From contig CATNEN010000038.1 of assembly GCA_950097015.1 (NCBI GenBank), forward strand, positions 34,162,001 through 34,226,000: a DNA stretch of 64,000 nt. The letters are read 5' to 3'. The position numbers were made by a program, and so were the translations under genes. The number at the start of each line of letters is the position of its first letter. Positions within the stretch are counted from its first letter, which is position 1. The DNA comes from Macrostomum hystrix. Its lineage: Eukaryota > Animalia > Platyhelminthes. Under the pieces are notes generated by a model, which did not search any database, was not told the origin of the DNA, and saw only the letters and a program-made list of their open reading frames with translations. This document shows positions 35,781-48,918 of the stretch, piece by piece.

Positions 35781-35934
35781 TGCTACTGCTGCTGAGGGAA
35801 ACACAGGCATCTCTCTTTTCTCTCTAATTCTCTCCAACTCGAATTCTCTCTGTCCGTATCTACTGAAAAATTCATTCTAGTCTACTTCTGAGTCTCAACT
35901 TCTATTCTAATTAAAATCTATGAGATACTTATCT

Positions 35935-36332
35935 AACAATCAGAATCTACTTTTCTCCCAACCAGAATCTACTTCTCTCACTATCGGAATCTACTTCTCT
36001 CACCATCAGAATCTACTTCTCTCACTATCGGAATCTACTTCTCTCACCATCAGAATCTACTTCTCTCACCATCAGAATATACTTCTCTCACTATGAGAAT
36101 CTACTTCTCTCACCATCAGAATCTACATCTCTCATCATCAGAATCTACTTCTCTCACCATCAGAATCTACTTCTCTCACCATCAGAATATACTTCTCTCA
36201 CTATGAGAATCTACTTCTCTCACCATCAGAATCTACATCTCTCATCATCAGAATCTACTTCTTTCACCATCAGAATATACTTCTCTCACTATCGGAATCT
36301 ACTTCTCTCACTTTCAGAATCTACTTCTCTCT
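35935..36332. repeat. 22-bp minisatellite TCAGAATCTACTTCTCTCACCA, probably in a YPEL 5'-UTR intron
   Basis: Tandem copies; a donor-like AAG|GTGAGG on the minus strand at ~36457 and an acceptor near 35792. Confidence 0.88.
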
Positions 36333-37992
36333 AAATTGCAGAACTACAATCGAAGAAGATTTTAGTTCTCTTAAAGCCAATTAGCTTCGCAATTACTGTA
36401 GAAGAAATGTGCAAATCTAGCCACTGGATTGCAATGCAAGCAAAGGAAGTGCCTCACCTTTACAAGTGATTTAATCTGTTGCAGAATACGACCAGTTCGA
36501 CTAAATCTAGGTTAGGCAAGGCTGATAAGAGAGCGACTAACAGTTTACAGGAAAGAGATGTTTTGTTGTTCTTAAAAGAAGACAAGACTATCGCGGCCTC
36601 GACTAGTATGGCTAGAGGAGGGTGGCCGTTTGCTACCTGGGCTGGAGAAATGCAAATTTATTGCGGGACACTAGGGAGGTAGTTAGGGGGGCTTTATACC
36701 AGTTGCCGGGGTAAACAGAACTTGGAGGAGGGTGGCCTGGCATGAGCGGCTGAAACTGTACAGTCTAGCTAGGGGACGGCACCCAGCAACAGGGTAGAAA
36801 CAGACTACAGAGATTAGATAAGAGAGAACAATCTGGCCGAAAGTTCTCTCTCTCCCTACCGTACATTTTCTCCCTCTGTCCTCCGCCATACCCAACCGCC
36901 TCAAGCAGGAAATCATGTGAGACGATAAACAGTCTCTCGAGAATGCACCCGATGTAACCTCAACCAGTAACCACCCCCCATCGGAGTACACACCTCTCTA
37001 CCGCAGCCCCGTACTCAAGACTGACAGAGATTTTTCTCACGTCTACACGTCTCCAAACCCTCTCCTATACGCTCCGAGCCGGGATCAGCTGACTGCTGAT
37101 TCTAAAATTAGAATCAGCTGGGAACTAGGAAGGCCGATTCGCAAAGGACGAAAGCCAGGCAAAGAGAGAGAAATTGAGGGATTGGCTTGTTTAGATTCCA
37201 AGAAAAAAGCAAAAAGAAGCGGACTGGGAGGGTCCTGAAGGCGAGAGCACGTGACTAGTTTGCACTGAGTGGCAGGAGGAAGTCAGTCCCTATTTTTTCA
37301 TTCAGAAGCGGATGTGTTGGTCCATGCATGAAAGTGCACAAGCAACAAGCAAACTGCGTTGATTTCAATTGGGCATAGCGTTGCTGATCGACCTTCCAGC
37401 GCCCCCCAAGTTATTCGAAGGGCTAGCAAAATGTACTTTTAGGGCTTCTGTTTAACCCCATCCCCTCAAATGTGAAAACTGAAATCGGGTCAGAAACAGC
37501 CGGGTCAGAATAGTAGGGAATGGCGAGAAATAAAACTGATTTAATAGAGGAAGGAAAATAAAAAACGTTAGTCAAAGAGAAATTCGAAAGTTTCAGGAGG
37601 GCAACAACACAGAAGACAGCGTTTAAGGATTGTGTTGATACTAAGAATAGGGAATAAGAATAGGGAAGTAAACAAATAAGAATTTAGGGAGCGAAAACAT
37701 AGAGGAGGCGGATGAGGAGAGAGGAAAGAGAGGGAGGGATATTGTGACTCTAAATAAAAAAATCTAGCGACTAAAGACAAATAAAAAAATGTTAACAAGC
37801 CATAAACTCTCGGCCAAGAAATTTTAATTTGCAGTTATTGTCTTATTTCTCATAGTTCTCATAGTTACTTAGATCAGTACAGAAACATTAGCCATAAAAG
37901 CAAAACCAACACACTTAAAATTGCAGCGAAAATAATAAATAATTCAACTAATAATGTCGACTTCAAAGCTTGAACAGTTTGAGAGGCTGGCT

Positions 37993-40900
37993 TCAAGACG
38001 CCAACTGTCGCTCCTTAATATAGGCTTGATTCCATCGGTAGCGCGGATAGTCGCTATAATCGGCGATGAATCTGGGCAGGGGCTTGCGCCAACGACCCTC
38101 GCCGGGCCAGGTGTACAGATAGGTGCGAATGTCGTAATTAACCGGATAGGGCGCCGTACAGTCAAACCTGGCCGTGTAGTTCTTTATACGGCGGCCGAAT
38201 CTGAAGGATAAGTTTTTTGCGGTTCAGCTTAAGGCATTAAAATTTATTATGGGGAGGATAAATGGAAGCCTGAAGTAACTGGAAGCCTGAAGAAACAGGA
38301 AGCCTGAAGTAACTGGAAGCCTGAAGAAACAGGAAGCCTGAAGTAACTGGAAGCCTGAAGAAACAGGAAGCCTGGATAAAATGGAAGCCTGAATAAAATG
38401 GAAGCCTGAATAAAAGGGAAGCCTGAAGTAAAAGGAAGCCTGAAGAAACAGGAAGCCTGAAGAAAATAGAAGCCTGAAGAAAACGGAAGCCTGAAGAAAC
38501 TGGAAGCCTGAAGAAACAGGATGCCTGAATAAAATGGAAGCCTGAAGAAACAGGAAGCCTGAAGAAAATAGAAGCCTGAAGAAAACGGAAGCCTGAATAA
38601 AAGGGAAGCCTGAAGTAAAAGGAAGCCTGAAGAAACTGGAAGCCTGAAGAAACAGGAAGCCTGAAGAAAATAGAAGCCTGAAGAAAACGGAAGCCTGAAG
38701 AAACTGGAAGCCTGAAGAAACTGGAAGCCTGAAGAAACAGGATGCCTGAAGTAAATGGAAGCCTGAAGAAACAGGAAGCCTGGATAAAATGGAAGCCTGA
38801 ATAAAATGGAAGCCTGAATAAAATGGAAGCCTGAAGAAACAGGAAGCCTGAAGAAACAAGAATCCTGAAGTAAATGGAAGGCTGAAGAAAACCTGAATAA
38901 TTTCTTGAAGAACCCGAATTTAAGACTTAAGAAACCGAACTTAATCCTGAAGAACATTAACGTACAGCAGAAAAACTTAAATTGTAATTGTAATACTTGC
39001 ATAGGTACTCGTACTTGTCCAAACACTCACCTATCACCCTTCCGTTGATAAAGACCGCTTCTCTGTTTAATACCGTATCTTCGTTTCTCATTGAAGCTCT
39101 TGTATTTGTCCCTAGCCTTGCCAGACACCTGACCAACCATCACCATGCAGTGCTGGCTGATTATGATCTCCTGCTTAGATGGCGTTATCAGCAGAGCTTT
39201 GCCGTCTGGGAGGGCGCGCACGTAGGTAGCAGATGTGCCGCCCTCCAATGCAAAGCTGGCACCTTCGCCAGGCTTGCGTTCCACGCAGCTAACAGTAGAA
39301 CCAACTGGTAGGGCGCCGATTGGATAAGCGTCGCCAGGTTTTGGATTAGCTGCGGGCACGTCAGGAATGTGGTGACTCGGATGCGTCGTGGTATAGTCGC
39401 CGACTTTCATCTCGGCGCCAGCGATAATCCAGCGCTTCTTTTCTGCATTGCCAACTAGAGCTATTAGATGCTGGCGCCAGAAATTCTTGTGCAGATACAG
39501 AACCTCTTCGACTAGGGGCTTGTCGCTATTCTCGGGACAGCAGCGAATCTTATCGACCCAGAAGGTTGGCAACCTGAGACCGCCCGACACGTGCTTGAGC
39601 CAGATGCGACCGAATGGACCTCTGCCGCCGGTGCGCACCTGCATTTCATTGTGGGGAGCACGCAATGTGGATAACAGACAAAACCACATGGATAACAGAC
39701 AAAAACACATGGATAACAGACAGAAACACGTGGATAACAGACAGAAACACATGGATAACAGACAGAAACACATGGATAACAGACAGAACCACATGAAAAA
39801 CAGCAGACAGAACCATATGAATAAGACAGACAGAACCACATAGATAACGACTAACATTAAATAGTAACCATTTAAGTAACAATCGATAACTAAAAAGAAG
39901 GTTTTTGAAATTAGTACGAGTACACGTATAGTTTTACTTCTTTAATAGCAAAGTTTTATAAAAATGTAATCTTTATTGTTCTAGCTGTCCCACCCAGAAA
40001 AAAACTTATTCACGCAAAAGACACATTCCAAATTTGACCGCGCTTAATCAATTGGTCAATCGATCAATAATTTACGAAATTTATAGCAGGCGGAGGCAGA
40101 AACAGAGAAAGAAGATCTGTGAGAATAGTGAATAATTCATGAATGTAAATAAAAGCCAAAAAGAATTTGCTGACTGCAATTCCTGTTTAAATAGCAATCG
40201 AATAAATGTTTAGCTAAACTCTGTAGACAAAATAGACTTCTTTACTGATTCCGTATAGATTTTAGAAGTATAGTAACTAGTGTTTAGCCCAAATTATTTT
40301 ATTTCACAGACGACTGCGAAGACAGAAACACAATAACAGAATTGAGATAGAGTGGGCCACAATGGACCACTACACTAAAGCTTAATTTAGAGTTTAAAAT
40401 GCATTGCCGAGATGAGTCTAGTCGACTGAGAGATTTAGTTAATTACTTGCCTAACCGTGAGTAGCAGCTATAACTATGAAAACTGGCCCCTGGACAAAAA
40501 ACTCTCATCGTGCAATTTGAAGAATTGTAATTATAATTGTGCTTTGATTTTTTGTTTCTCAAGGGACACAGCAACCAAGAAAAAAAGATAAGAACATGAT
40601 AAAAGGAGGAATCTCAGAAGTAATGGGGAGGGGTTTAAGAGCAAGATAAACAAAAAATATTGCTTCCCTTTTATTAGAAATATCTAGATGGAAGACATCC
40701 CAGTGAGATAAACGAGAAGGGTGACATCTCAGTGAGATAAACGAGAAGGGAGACATCTCAGTGAGATAAACGAGATAATACATCTCAGTGAGATAAACGA
40801 GATAATACATCCCAGTGAGATAAACGAGAAGGGAGACATCTCAGTGAGATAAACGAGATAATACATCTCAGTGAGATAAACGAGATAATACATCCCAGTG

Positions 40901-43900
40901 AGATAAACGAGAAGGGAGACATCTCAGTGAGATAAACGAGATAATACATCTCAGTGAGATAAACGAGATAATACATCCCAGTGAGATAAACGAGAAGGGT
41001 GACATCTCAGTGAGATGAACGAGATAATACATCTCAGTGAGATAAACGAGAAGGGAGACATCTCAGTGAGATAAACGAGAAGGGAGACATCTCAGTGAGA
41101 TAAACGAGAAGGGTGACATCTCAGTGAGATAAACGAGAAGGGAGACATCTCAGTGAGATAAACGAGATAATACATCTCAGTGAGATAAAAGAGATAATAC
41201 ATCTCAGTGAGATAAAAGAGATAATACATCTCAGTGAGATAAAAGAGAAGAGAGACATCTCAGTGAGATAAACGAGAAGGGAGACATCTCAGTGAGATAA
41301 ACGAGATAATACATCTCAGTGAGATAAAAGAGAAGAGAGACATCTCAGTGAGATAAACGAGAAGGGAGACATCTCAGTGAGATAAACGAGAAGGGAGACG
41401 TCTCAATGAGATAAACGAGAAGGGAGACATCTCAGTGAGATAAAAGAGAAGGGAGACATCTCAGTGGGATAAAAGAGAAGGGAGACATCTCAGTGGGATA
41501 AAAGAGAAGGGAGACATCTCAGTGGGATAAAAGAGAAGGGAGACATCTCAGTGGGATAAAAGAGAAGAGAGACATCTCAGTGGGATAAAAGAGAAGAGAG
41601 ACATCTCAGTGAGATAAAAGAGAAGAGAGACATCTCAGTGAGATAAACGAGAAGGGAGACATCTCAGTGAGATAAACGAGAAGGGAGACATCTCAGTGAG
41701 ATAAACGAGAAGGGAGACGTCTCAATGAGATAAACGAGAAGGGAGACATCTCAGTGAGATAAAAGAGAAGGGAGACATCTCAGTGGGATAAAAGAGAAGG
41801 GAGACATCTCAGTGGGATAAAAGAGAAGGGAGACATCTCAGTGAGATAACAGAGAAAAGAGACATCTCAGTGGGATAAAAGAGAAGGGAGACATCTCAGT
41901 GAGATAACAGAGAAGAGAGACATCTCAGTGGGATAAAAGAGAAGGGAGACATCTCAGTGGGATAAAAGAGAAGAGAGACATCTCAGTGAGATAAAAGAGA
42001 AGAGAGACATCTCAGTGGGATAAAAGAGAAGGGAGACATCTCAGTGGGATAAAAGAGAAGAGAGACATCTCAGTGGGATAAAAGAGAAGGGAGACATCTC
42101 AGTGGGATAAAAGAGAAGAGAGACATCTCAGTGAGATAACAGAGAAGAGAGACATCTCAGTGAGATAAAAGAGAAGGGAGACATCTCAGTGAGATAACAG
42201 AGAAGAGAGACATCTCAGTGGGATAAAAGAGAAGGGAGACATCTCAGTGAGATAAAAGAGAAGGGAGACATCTCAGTGGGATAAAAGAGAAGGGAGACAT
42301 CTCAGTGGGATAAAAGAGAAGAGAGACATCTCAGTGGGATAAAAGAGAAGGGAGACATCTCAGTGGGATAAAAGAGAAGGGAGACATCTCAGTGGGATAA
42401 ACGAGAAGGGAGACATCTCAGTGAGATAACAGAGAAGAGAGACATCTCAGTGGGATAAAAGAGAAGAGAGACATCTCAGTGAGATAAAAGAGAAGAGAGA
42501 CATCTCAGTGGGATAAAAGAGAAGGGAGACATCTCAGTGGGATAAAAGAGAAGAGAGACATCTCAGTGAGATAAAAGAGAAGAGAGACATCTCAGTGGGA
42601 TAAAAGAGAAGGGAGACATCTCAGTGAGATAAAAGAGAAGGGAGACATCTCAGTGAGATAAAAGAGAAGGGAGACATCTCAGTGGGATAAAAGAGAAGGG
42701 AGACATCTCAGTGGGATAAAAGAGAAGGGAGACATCTCAGTGGGATAAAAGAGAAGAGAGACATCTCAGTGAGATAACAGAGAAGAGAGACATCTCAGTG
42801 AGATAAAAGAGAAGGGAGACATCTCAGTGAGATAACAGAGAAGAGAGACATCTCAGTGGGATAAAAGAGAAGGGAGACATCTCAGTGAGATAACAGAGAA
42901 GAGAGACATCTCAGTGGGATAAAAGAGAAGGGAGACATCTCAGTGAGATAACAGAGAAGAGAGACATCTCAGTGGGATAAAAGAGAAGGGAGACATCTCA
43001 GTGAGATAACAGAGAAGAGAGACATCTCAGTGAGATAAAAGAGAAGGGAGACATCTCAGTGAGATAACAGAGAAGAGAGACATCTCAGTGGGATAAAAGA
43101 GAAGGGAGACATCTCAGTGAGATAACAGAGAAGAGAGACATCTCAGTGGGATAAACGAGAAGGGAGACATCTCAGTGAGATAACAGAGAAGAGAGACATC
43201 TCAGTGGGATAAAAGAGAAGGGAGACATCTCAGTGGGATAAAAGAGAAGGGAGACATCTCAGTGGGATAAAAGAGAAGAGAGACATCTCAGTGAGATAAC
43301 AGAGAAGAGAGACATCTCAGTGAGATAAAAGAGAAGGGAGACATCTCAGTGAGATAACAGAGAAGAGAGACATCTCAGTGGGATAAAAGAGAAGGGAGAC
43401 ATCTCAGTGAGATAACAGAGAAGAGAGACATCTCAGTGGGATAAACGAGAAGGGAGACATCTCAGTGAGATAACAGAGAAGAGAGACATCTCAGTGGGAT
43501 AAAAGAGAAGGGAGACATCTCAGTGGGATAAAAGAGAAGGGAGACATCTCAGTGGGATAAAAGAGAAGAGAGACATCTCAGTGAGATAAAAGAGAAGAGA
43601 GACATCTCAGTGGAATAAACGAGATAAGACACCTCAGTAAGATAAATGAGATAAGACATCTCAGTGAGATAAACGAGATAAGACATCTCAGTGAGATAAA
43701 CGAGATAAGACATCTCAGTGAGATAAATGAGATAAGACATCTCAGTGAGATAAACGAGAAGGGAGACGTCTCAGGGAGATAATCGTGAAGGTAGAGATAT
43801 ACGATAGTTGATGAATAATACAACGAAGACACGAATGAGTCGTTAGATACAGATAAACATCCTAGTGACAATAATGCTATTAAGTAGTAAATTAATGAGT

Positions 43901-44239
43901 TCTAGAAGTTTCGAGAATATATTCATATAATATTCTATGCATACTACTGAAAACTTTGTAAGTAGTTTGTTATTTTTAGCAAATATAATAGCCACTAATT
44001 CCATTAATTTATTGTAGTCAATGGGTGCTAACCTTTGGCAGTGCCTCGTGTGTGTAGGGAATATTCGTCAGACCGGCTTGCTCCTCAGCCCACCGAAAGC
44101 TGGGCCTGTGCTTAAAAATAATGCCTGGGTGACGCTGCCACACAGCACTAGTATGTAATGCTGTGACACCGGCTCTGCCGCCAATAGACAGTGCCTCCAG
44201 GCAGCGGCATAGCAGCGGCAGAGTTGAGTTGCTTAGCAT
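37993..44239 (-). CDS. MRPL2: Mitochondrial ribosomal protein uL2m, 3 exons
   Basis: Exons 44033-44239, 39031-39638 and 37993-38200 join in frame: MLSNSTLPLLCR (transit-like)...YTHEALPK|VRTGGRGPFGRIWLKHVSGG...IALV..KRWIIA..MKVGD..GDAYPIGALPVGSTVSCVE..GTSATYVR..VGQVS..KRRYGIKQRSGLYQRKGDR|FGRRIK. Confidence 0.92.
38260..38900. repeat. 17-bp minisatellite GGAAGCCTGAAGAAAC(A/T)
   Basis: MRPL2 intron 2. Confidence 0.94.
39665..39845. repeat. 21-bp minisatellite GGATAACAGACAGAAACACAT
   Basis: MRPL2 intron 1, next to the acceptor. Confidence 0.88.
40690..43780. repeat. 3.1-kb 27/29-bp minisatellite GAGACATCTCAGTG(A/G)GATAAAAGAGAAGG
   Basis: MRPL2 intron 1; each unit contains the palindrome ATCTCA-G-TGAGAT. 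Confidence 0.97.
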
Positions 44240-44474
44240 CTGGTTTGGTCTGATGTAAGATTTTGGTTTGGCTAAAAACAAATTGTAGAAAAATTGTTTT
44301 AATTGAATTAGTAAAAGTTTTAAAATTACACAGTTTGCAAGATATCTTGCAAAGGTCAATAGTGATAGCAAAGTCATTTAGGCTAATGCCTGACAAATAG
44401 GCCCAGTTAAATTGATAACAAACTTAACTTAAAATAGTGTGTGCTGAATAACAACTGAATAACAATTGAAGAAG

Positions 44475-44610
44475 TGATAAAGACTGATAAAGACAGATAA
44501 AGACGATAAAGACAGATAAAGACAGATAAAGACGGATAAAGACTGATAAAGACTGATAAAGATGGATAAAGACTGATAAATACTGATAAATACTGATAAA
44601 GATTGATACA
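44475..44610. repeat. 10-bp repeat GAC(T/A)GATAAA
   Basis: Tandem copies. Confidence 0.85.
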
Positions 44611-45684
44611 AAGTATTTATAGAAATAATACAGTAAAGTTGTAAGCAGAAGGGAATATAGAGGAGAGATACCGGCCATACTGAAATTATAATGCTACCAT
44701 ATTGAAAGTATAACGCTACCATATTTGAATACATAAACGCTACTCAATTGAATTTGAAATAAGAAAGTGCCTAAAGCGAATAAAGTAAAGACATTTATAA
44801 GATTGACATAAAGACAGTACTTTGAATAAAGTGTATAAGAAAAGAAGCCTATAACAACTTTGGTGGCATATTAAATAACTATAAGTACAACTTTGGTAAC
44901 AGCAGTTGGATCGTTAATTTCCACCTGCAACAACTTTGGTGACATTCAGTGGAATCTTAAATATTATAAAATATCACGCTACAACATAAAAAACTGTTTT
45001 AACATGAAGATGCTATATAGCAAAATATGCTTGGGTTATGCTCATAGCAATATAAAAACTGGCTTAAACAATTATTGAATTAATTTTCTTCCAAAAATGT
45101 TAGGCCTATTTCACTGTTACCATATTTTGCCATAAATAATATATATTCTACACAGGCTGCTGTAGCTTGTTAACTAACTTAGTTATATTTTTAATGGATG
45201 AGCGCAAGTCTGATTCCAGTTCATATGAAAAAAATCAACCAAGAATTTTAAGTCAATGTCTGTCTATCTCAGCAGAATAATTGCACTTTTCTGGGGTTTC
45301 AACTTTCCATGGTTGGCAGCTGGGGGGCCTTGGCATGCATTTAGAGATTTGCTTTTGACTTGAGACATTCTGATAGGCCTAGGCCCTATGCACTCATAAT
45401 GATATGCACTTTGAGGCAGTGGGTCATACTTTGGATATGAGACTAGAGATATTGCTTCACTGTAAAACAGTTAAATTGTGGTTCATACAATGGATTAAAC
45501 ATTAAGGCTTAGCACATTAGTACCCCTAGGCCTTAGCCTAGCCCTAAGTTCAAGCATTAGGCCTAGGGCTAAAGACCTAAAGACAAAAATGTGCTATAAG
45601 GAGCAGTGCCATGGAGTAAGCCCCTACATTTAGCATTTAGGCTTACTTTAAGTTTAGTCAAAAAAATTCCCTATAGGCCTATAT

Positions 45685-46611
45685 AGCTTAGAAACTTTGT
45701 TCGACTCGGAATATTCCGATACTTAGGGTAATGTATCATCAACCGAACAGTGTATCTTCAAAACCGAACAAGAATTTCGACTCCTTCCTTGGTCTCATGC
45801 AAGACAGAAACAAGCTATTGTGTTTCACAGAACAACTAATTTGAAAGTTGAAGAAATTATCTACATGCTGAGGCATAATGTGCAATGAAGCATTAAGAGG
45901 AAAGAAAGATATAGATGTTTCAGTAGAATTTTTTATTGCAAAAGCATACTTTTTAACAACATTTTTTCAGTATGTACTTTAGACAAAGATTGTATGTGGT
46001 TGCTTGCCAATTAAATGACCATAAATGTAGTTATTTATAGAACATGAAAAATGCTTTCAAATGACATAATTCATGATAGTTCACTCCTTAAAATAAGATT
46101 AAACCACTCACTCAAATTATAAAACCAAATATCAAATTCTCTGTTTGGTTTGAAGATACATGAAAATCATTGTTCGGTTTTAGATAAAAAGCAGGAATAA
46201 CTTTTTTCTATTTGACAAAATAGCAAAAGCAGATACTTTTTAGAAAGATGTAACTGTTTTCTATAACTTGGCTTTTGATTTATCATCATATCTTAAACAG
46301 AAAATCTGTAGCTTAGGTTTGAAGTTAAAAAAATACACATTCTTGTTTGGTTGATGATACATTACCCTATTCTGACAGTTAATGTGTTAATACATTACCT
46401 GTCGGAATATTCTGACAGTTATTCTGACAGTTATTCCAACTCGAAAGTCTGTTTGTTTAAATACGCTCTCAGACAGTTATTCAGACTCAAAATTACATGC
46501 ATACATCTAATAAGCTCTCAGACAGTTAATCTGACTCTAATTTAACCGTATAACACATTAACTGTCGGAATAAGTGTCGGAGTATTCTGAGTCGGACAAA
46601 GTTTCTAAGCT
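45685..46611. mobile_element. 927-bp non-autonomous DNA transposon with a 9-bp TSD (Mutator-like)
   Basis: About 40-bp TIRs AGCTTAGAAACTTTGTTCGACTCGGAATATTCCGATACTTA / TAAGTGTCGGAGTATTCTGAGTCGGACAAAGTTTCTAAGCT. GGCCTATAT on both flanks (45676-45684, 46612-46620). Subterminal (T/A)GACAGTT repeats. Confidence 0.85.
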
Positions 46612-47255
46612 GGCCTATATCAGTTTTTTGTCCTAAATGCAGATGTAAGCTTGTATCTTAAGCTTAAAGTCTCAGTGCTAATAAAAAAATAGGTCCAGAT
46701 TGCATCACCAATAAAAATAGTAATAGGCCTAAGTGATAAAATACAGTTTTATCAGAATTTATAAATGGAAACTTTAAATTCCATGATGTCTTGACTCTTG
46801 CTTTATTTGAAAAAAACTTCTTTATTTTGAAGATGAGGAAGAAAATATTGCCTAGGGGCCTATGAATATATTTAGTTCAATTTGTCAAGGAGGACCAATA
46901 GCTAAACTAACAGCTTAACAAAGTTGCACTTGCAACTTGCCTTGGAAAAAAGCAGAAACAAAATTTACATCTGTGCATAGAAATTTGGGTGTAAGTCACA
47001 ATTTTTGCACGCAAGTTGCAGCCTATTTGCAAAGTTACTAGCTAAAGTAGCAGTAGGCCTACTTTACAAAATATGAATCATATTTACACATAGGCCTATA
47101 CGCTTATAATTAACATGTTATTATTTACTATAGGCCTATAGACAAACTTTTCCTTTTCACATTAGACTTTTTACAGTGCTTAATTTTATTCTTACTGCCA
47201 TCCTCCTGCGCTAATTTCAACATTCAGGCATGACCGGGCTAAGCTGCTGCTCACC

Positions 47256-47534
47256 CAGTGGCGTAGCTAGGGGGGGGATACGGGGACATATCCCCCCAAG
47301 CGGCAGAAAAATTGTGGGAGGGTTGAAAGGGGGGAGTATTACAATTAAAATACAGTCAATTTTTTTCTCTTCCATATAGCTAATGGTTAGGCCTATTGAT
47401 GGTTACGCGATACATGTAGGTAGATGATTCGCCAGTGTTCTGTAAAGCGGTTATAATGAAAACAGTCTATTTTTTTAATTGTTCGTTCAACTTTTTCATT
47501 TATTCCCAATAAAAAATTCCTAGCTATGCCACTG
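47256..47534. mobile_element. 279-bp hAT-like MITE
   Basis: TIR CAGTGGCGTAGCTAGG / CCTAGCTATGCCACTG; 8-bp TSD TGCTCACC (47248-47255, 47535-47542). Confidence 0.9.
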
Positions 47535-48918
47535 TGCTCACCTACAAGTTGTACTTTCAGGCTTGTGATTTTAAACTGGCTCTTCATTTACCGGCGAAAA
47601 GCTAAAGTAAAACAAAAATTCAAACAATCACTAAAACTCTTTCATAAACATCTACTAAAAAGGAAAAATATCATTAAATGAACTGAGTTCTCGCTAAAAT
47701 TTGTTAATTTGAGGCGTGAGAAAAATTTGCTGTGAGAAAAAGGCAAGAAGAAGATCTTCTTCTAGTGGTCCTTGGAAAAAGTCTGCAAGCAGAAAAGCAA
47801 TTAAAAGATTATTGTCTAAGAGTTTTATATCGAATGGCAATAGACTGACAAGTGATATGGAGTAAATAAAACGACCACCGTTGAATACTATACTTCAGTG
47901 GTCCTTGAGTAAATAGAGAGGTATAATGTAGTCCTTCGATTTTAATAACAACTATTCTGTATTTAATTAGCTCGTCAGTTTTAGCTGTCTTAACCTGGCT
48001 ATACATTTTTTTTCAATTTTACCTGATCCTAAAATAAAGAGGATTAGCATAATTACTGGCGCTTAATTTTTCATTCTGCAGATCGATTCCAACTTCCCCA
48101 ACGGCTAGATTCCTTATTTTCCCTTAATGTTCCCAGCTTCTTGTCTTCCAGGATTAAGTTTCATTTCCGCAATTCATTATCGAGTTGCCGATTCTGTTAA
48201 GACAGTGGAGGAATTTATTTGATTGGATTACAGTTAACGATTGCCCAAAATATTTTTACTTACTGCACGCTTCGTACCCGGCCTGTTGGAACTCTAGGCT
48301 GAGCTAGGCACTACCGCCAATCCTCATCCCGGGAGCTTCCGCGCTGCCGATAATTCGAGCCACAGCCACTTGGGCGAACTCCACACCTTGGGCGCCTCTT
48401 TGACTGATCAAAGCAAAAAACTTTGGGCAGGTAAACAGTTCCGTACCACTATAATAATATCAGCCAACGGAATCAGTTTTTCCACACTTGCAATGGAAAC
48501 AGCCAGCTATGGGTAATATAGTGATGGGATCTGGGAGAAGATTCAGAGATCTGGGAAAGTGAATGATAGCTGGGAAATATGGGTTGGGAAAGAATATGGG
48601 ATCTCAGAATTAAAAGGGATCTGCAAATACTATATATCTATGGGAAAGATGGGATCAAGGGTATAGGAGGATTGAATGTCGAAGATAAGATAAAATTGTC
48701 ATATATACTAAATTCTGAATTGATATTTCTTGCTTACTTAGTTATTCAGAATTTATTGACTTGTTTTTTTGATTCCTCTTATCTGCAGCTTACACTACTA
48801 TTGTAGTCACCACAGCAAAGCTGGTTCGAATCGAATCAAAGCTTCATCCGGTTGCTTCTAAACAACACTCTGAAAGAATGTCCACATGCGTGTCTAATAT
48901 ATAAGACTCAAAGTCTGC

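Noticed and set aside
35781-35837. N-terminal extension of YPEL given in the ORF track
   Set aside because: Non-ATG start running through a probable splice-acceptor region; the family normally begins at M-x-K-T-F.
40690-43780. CRISPR-like array (27-29-bp partly palindromic repeats)
   Set aside because: The units are directly adjacent with no unique spacers, there are no cas genes, and the context is a eukaryotic intron. The same applies to the other arrays.
48060-48900. Possible small + strand spliced gene
   Set aside because: Splice-like sites exist, but I could not build a consistent, recognisable reading frame.
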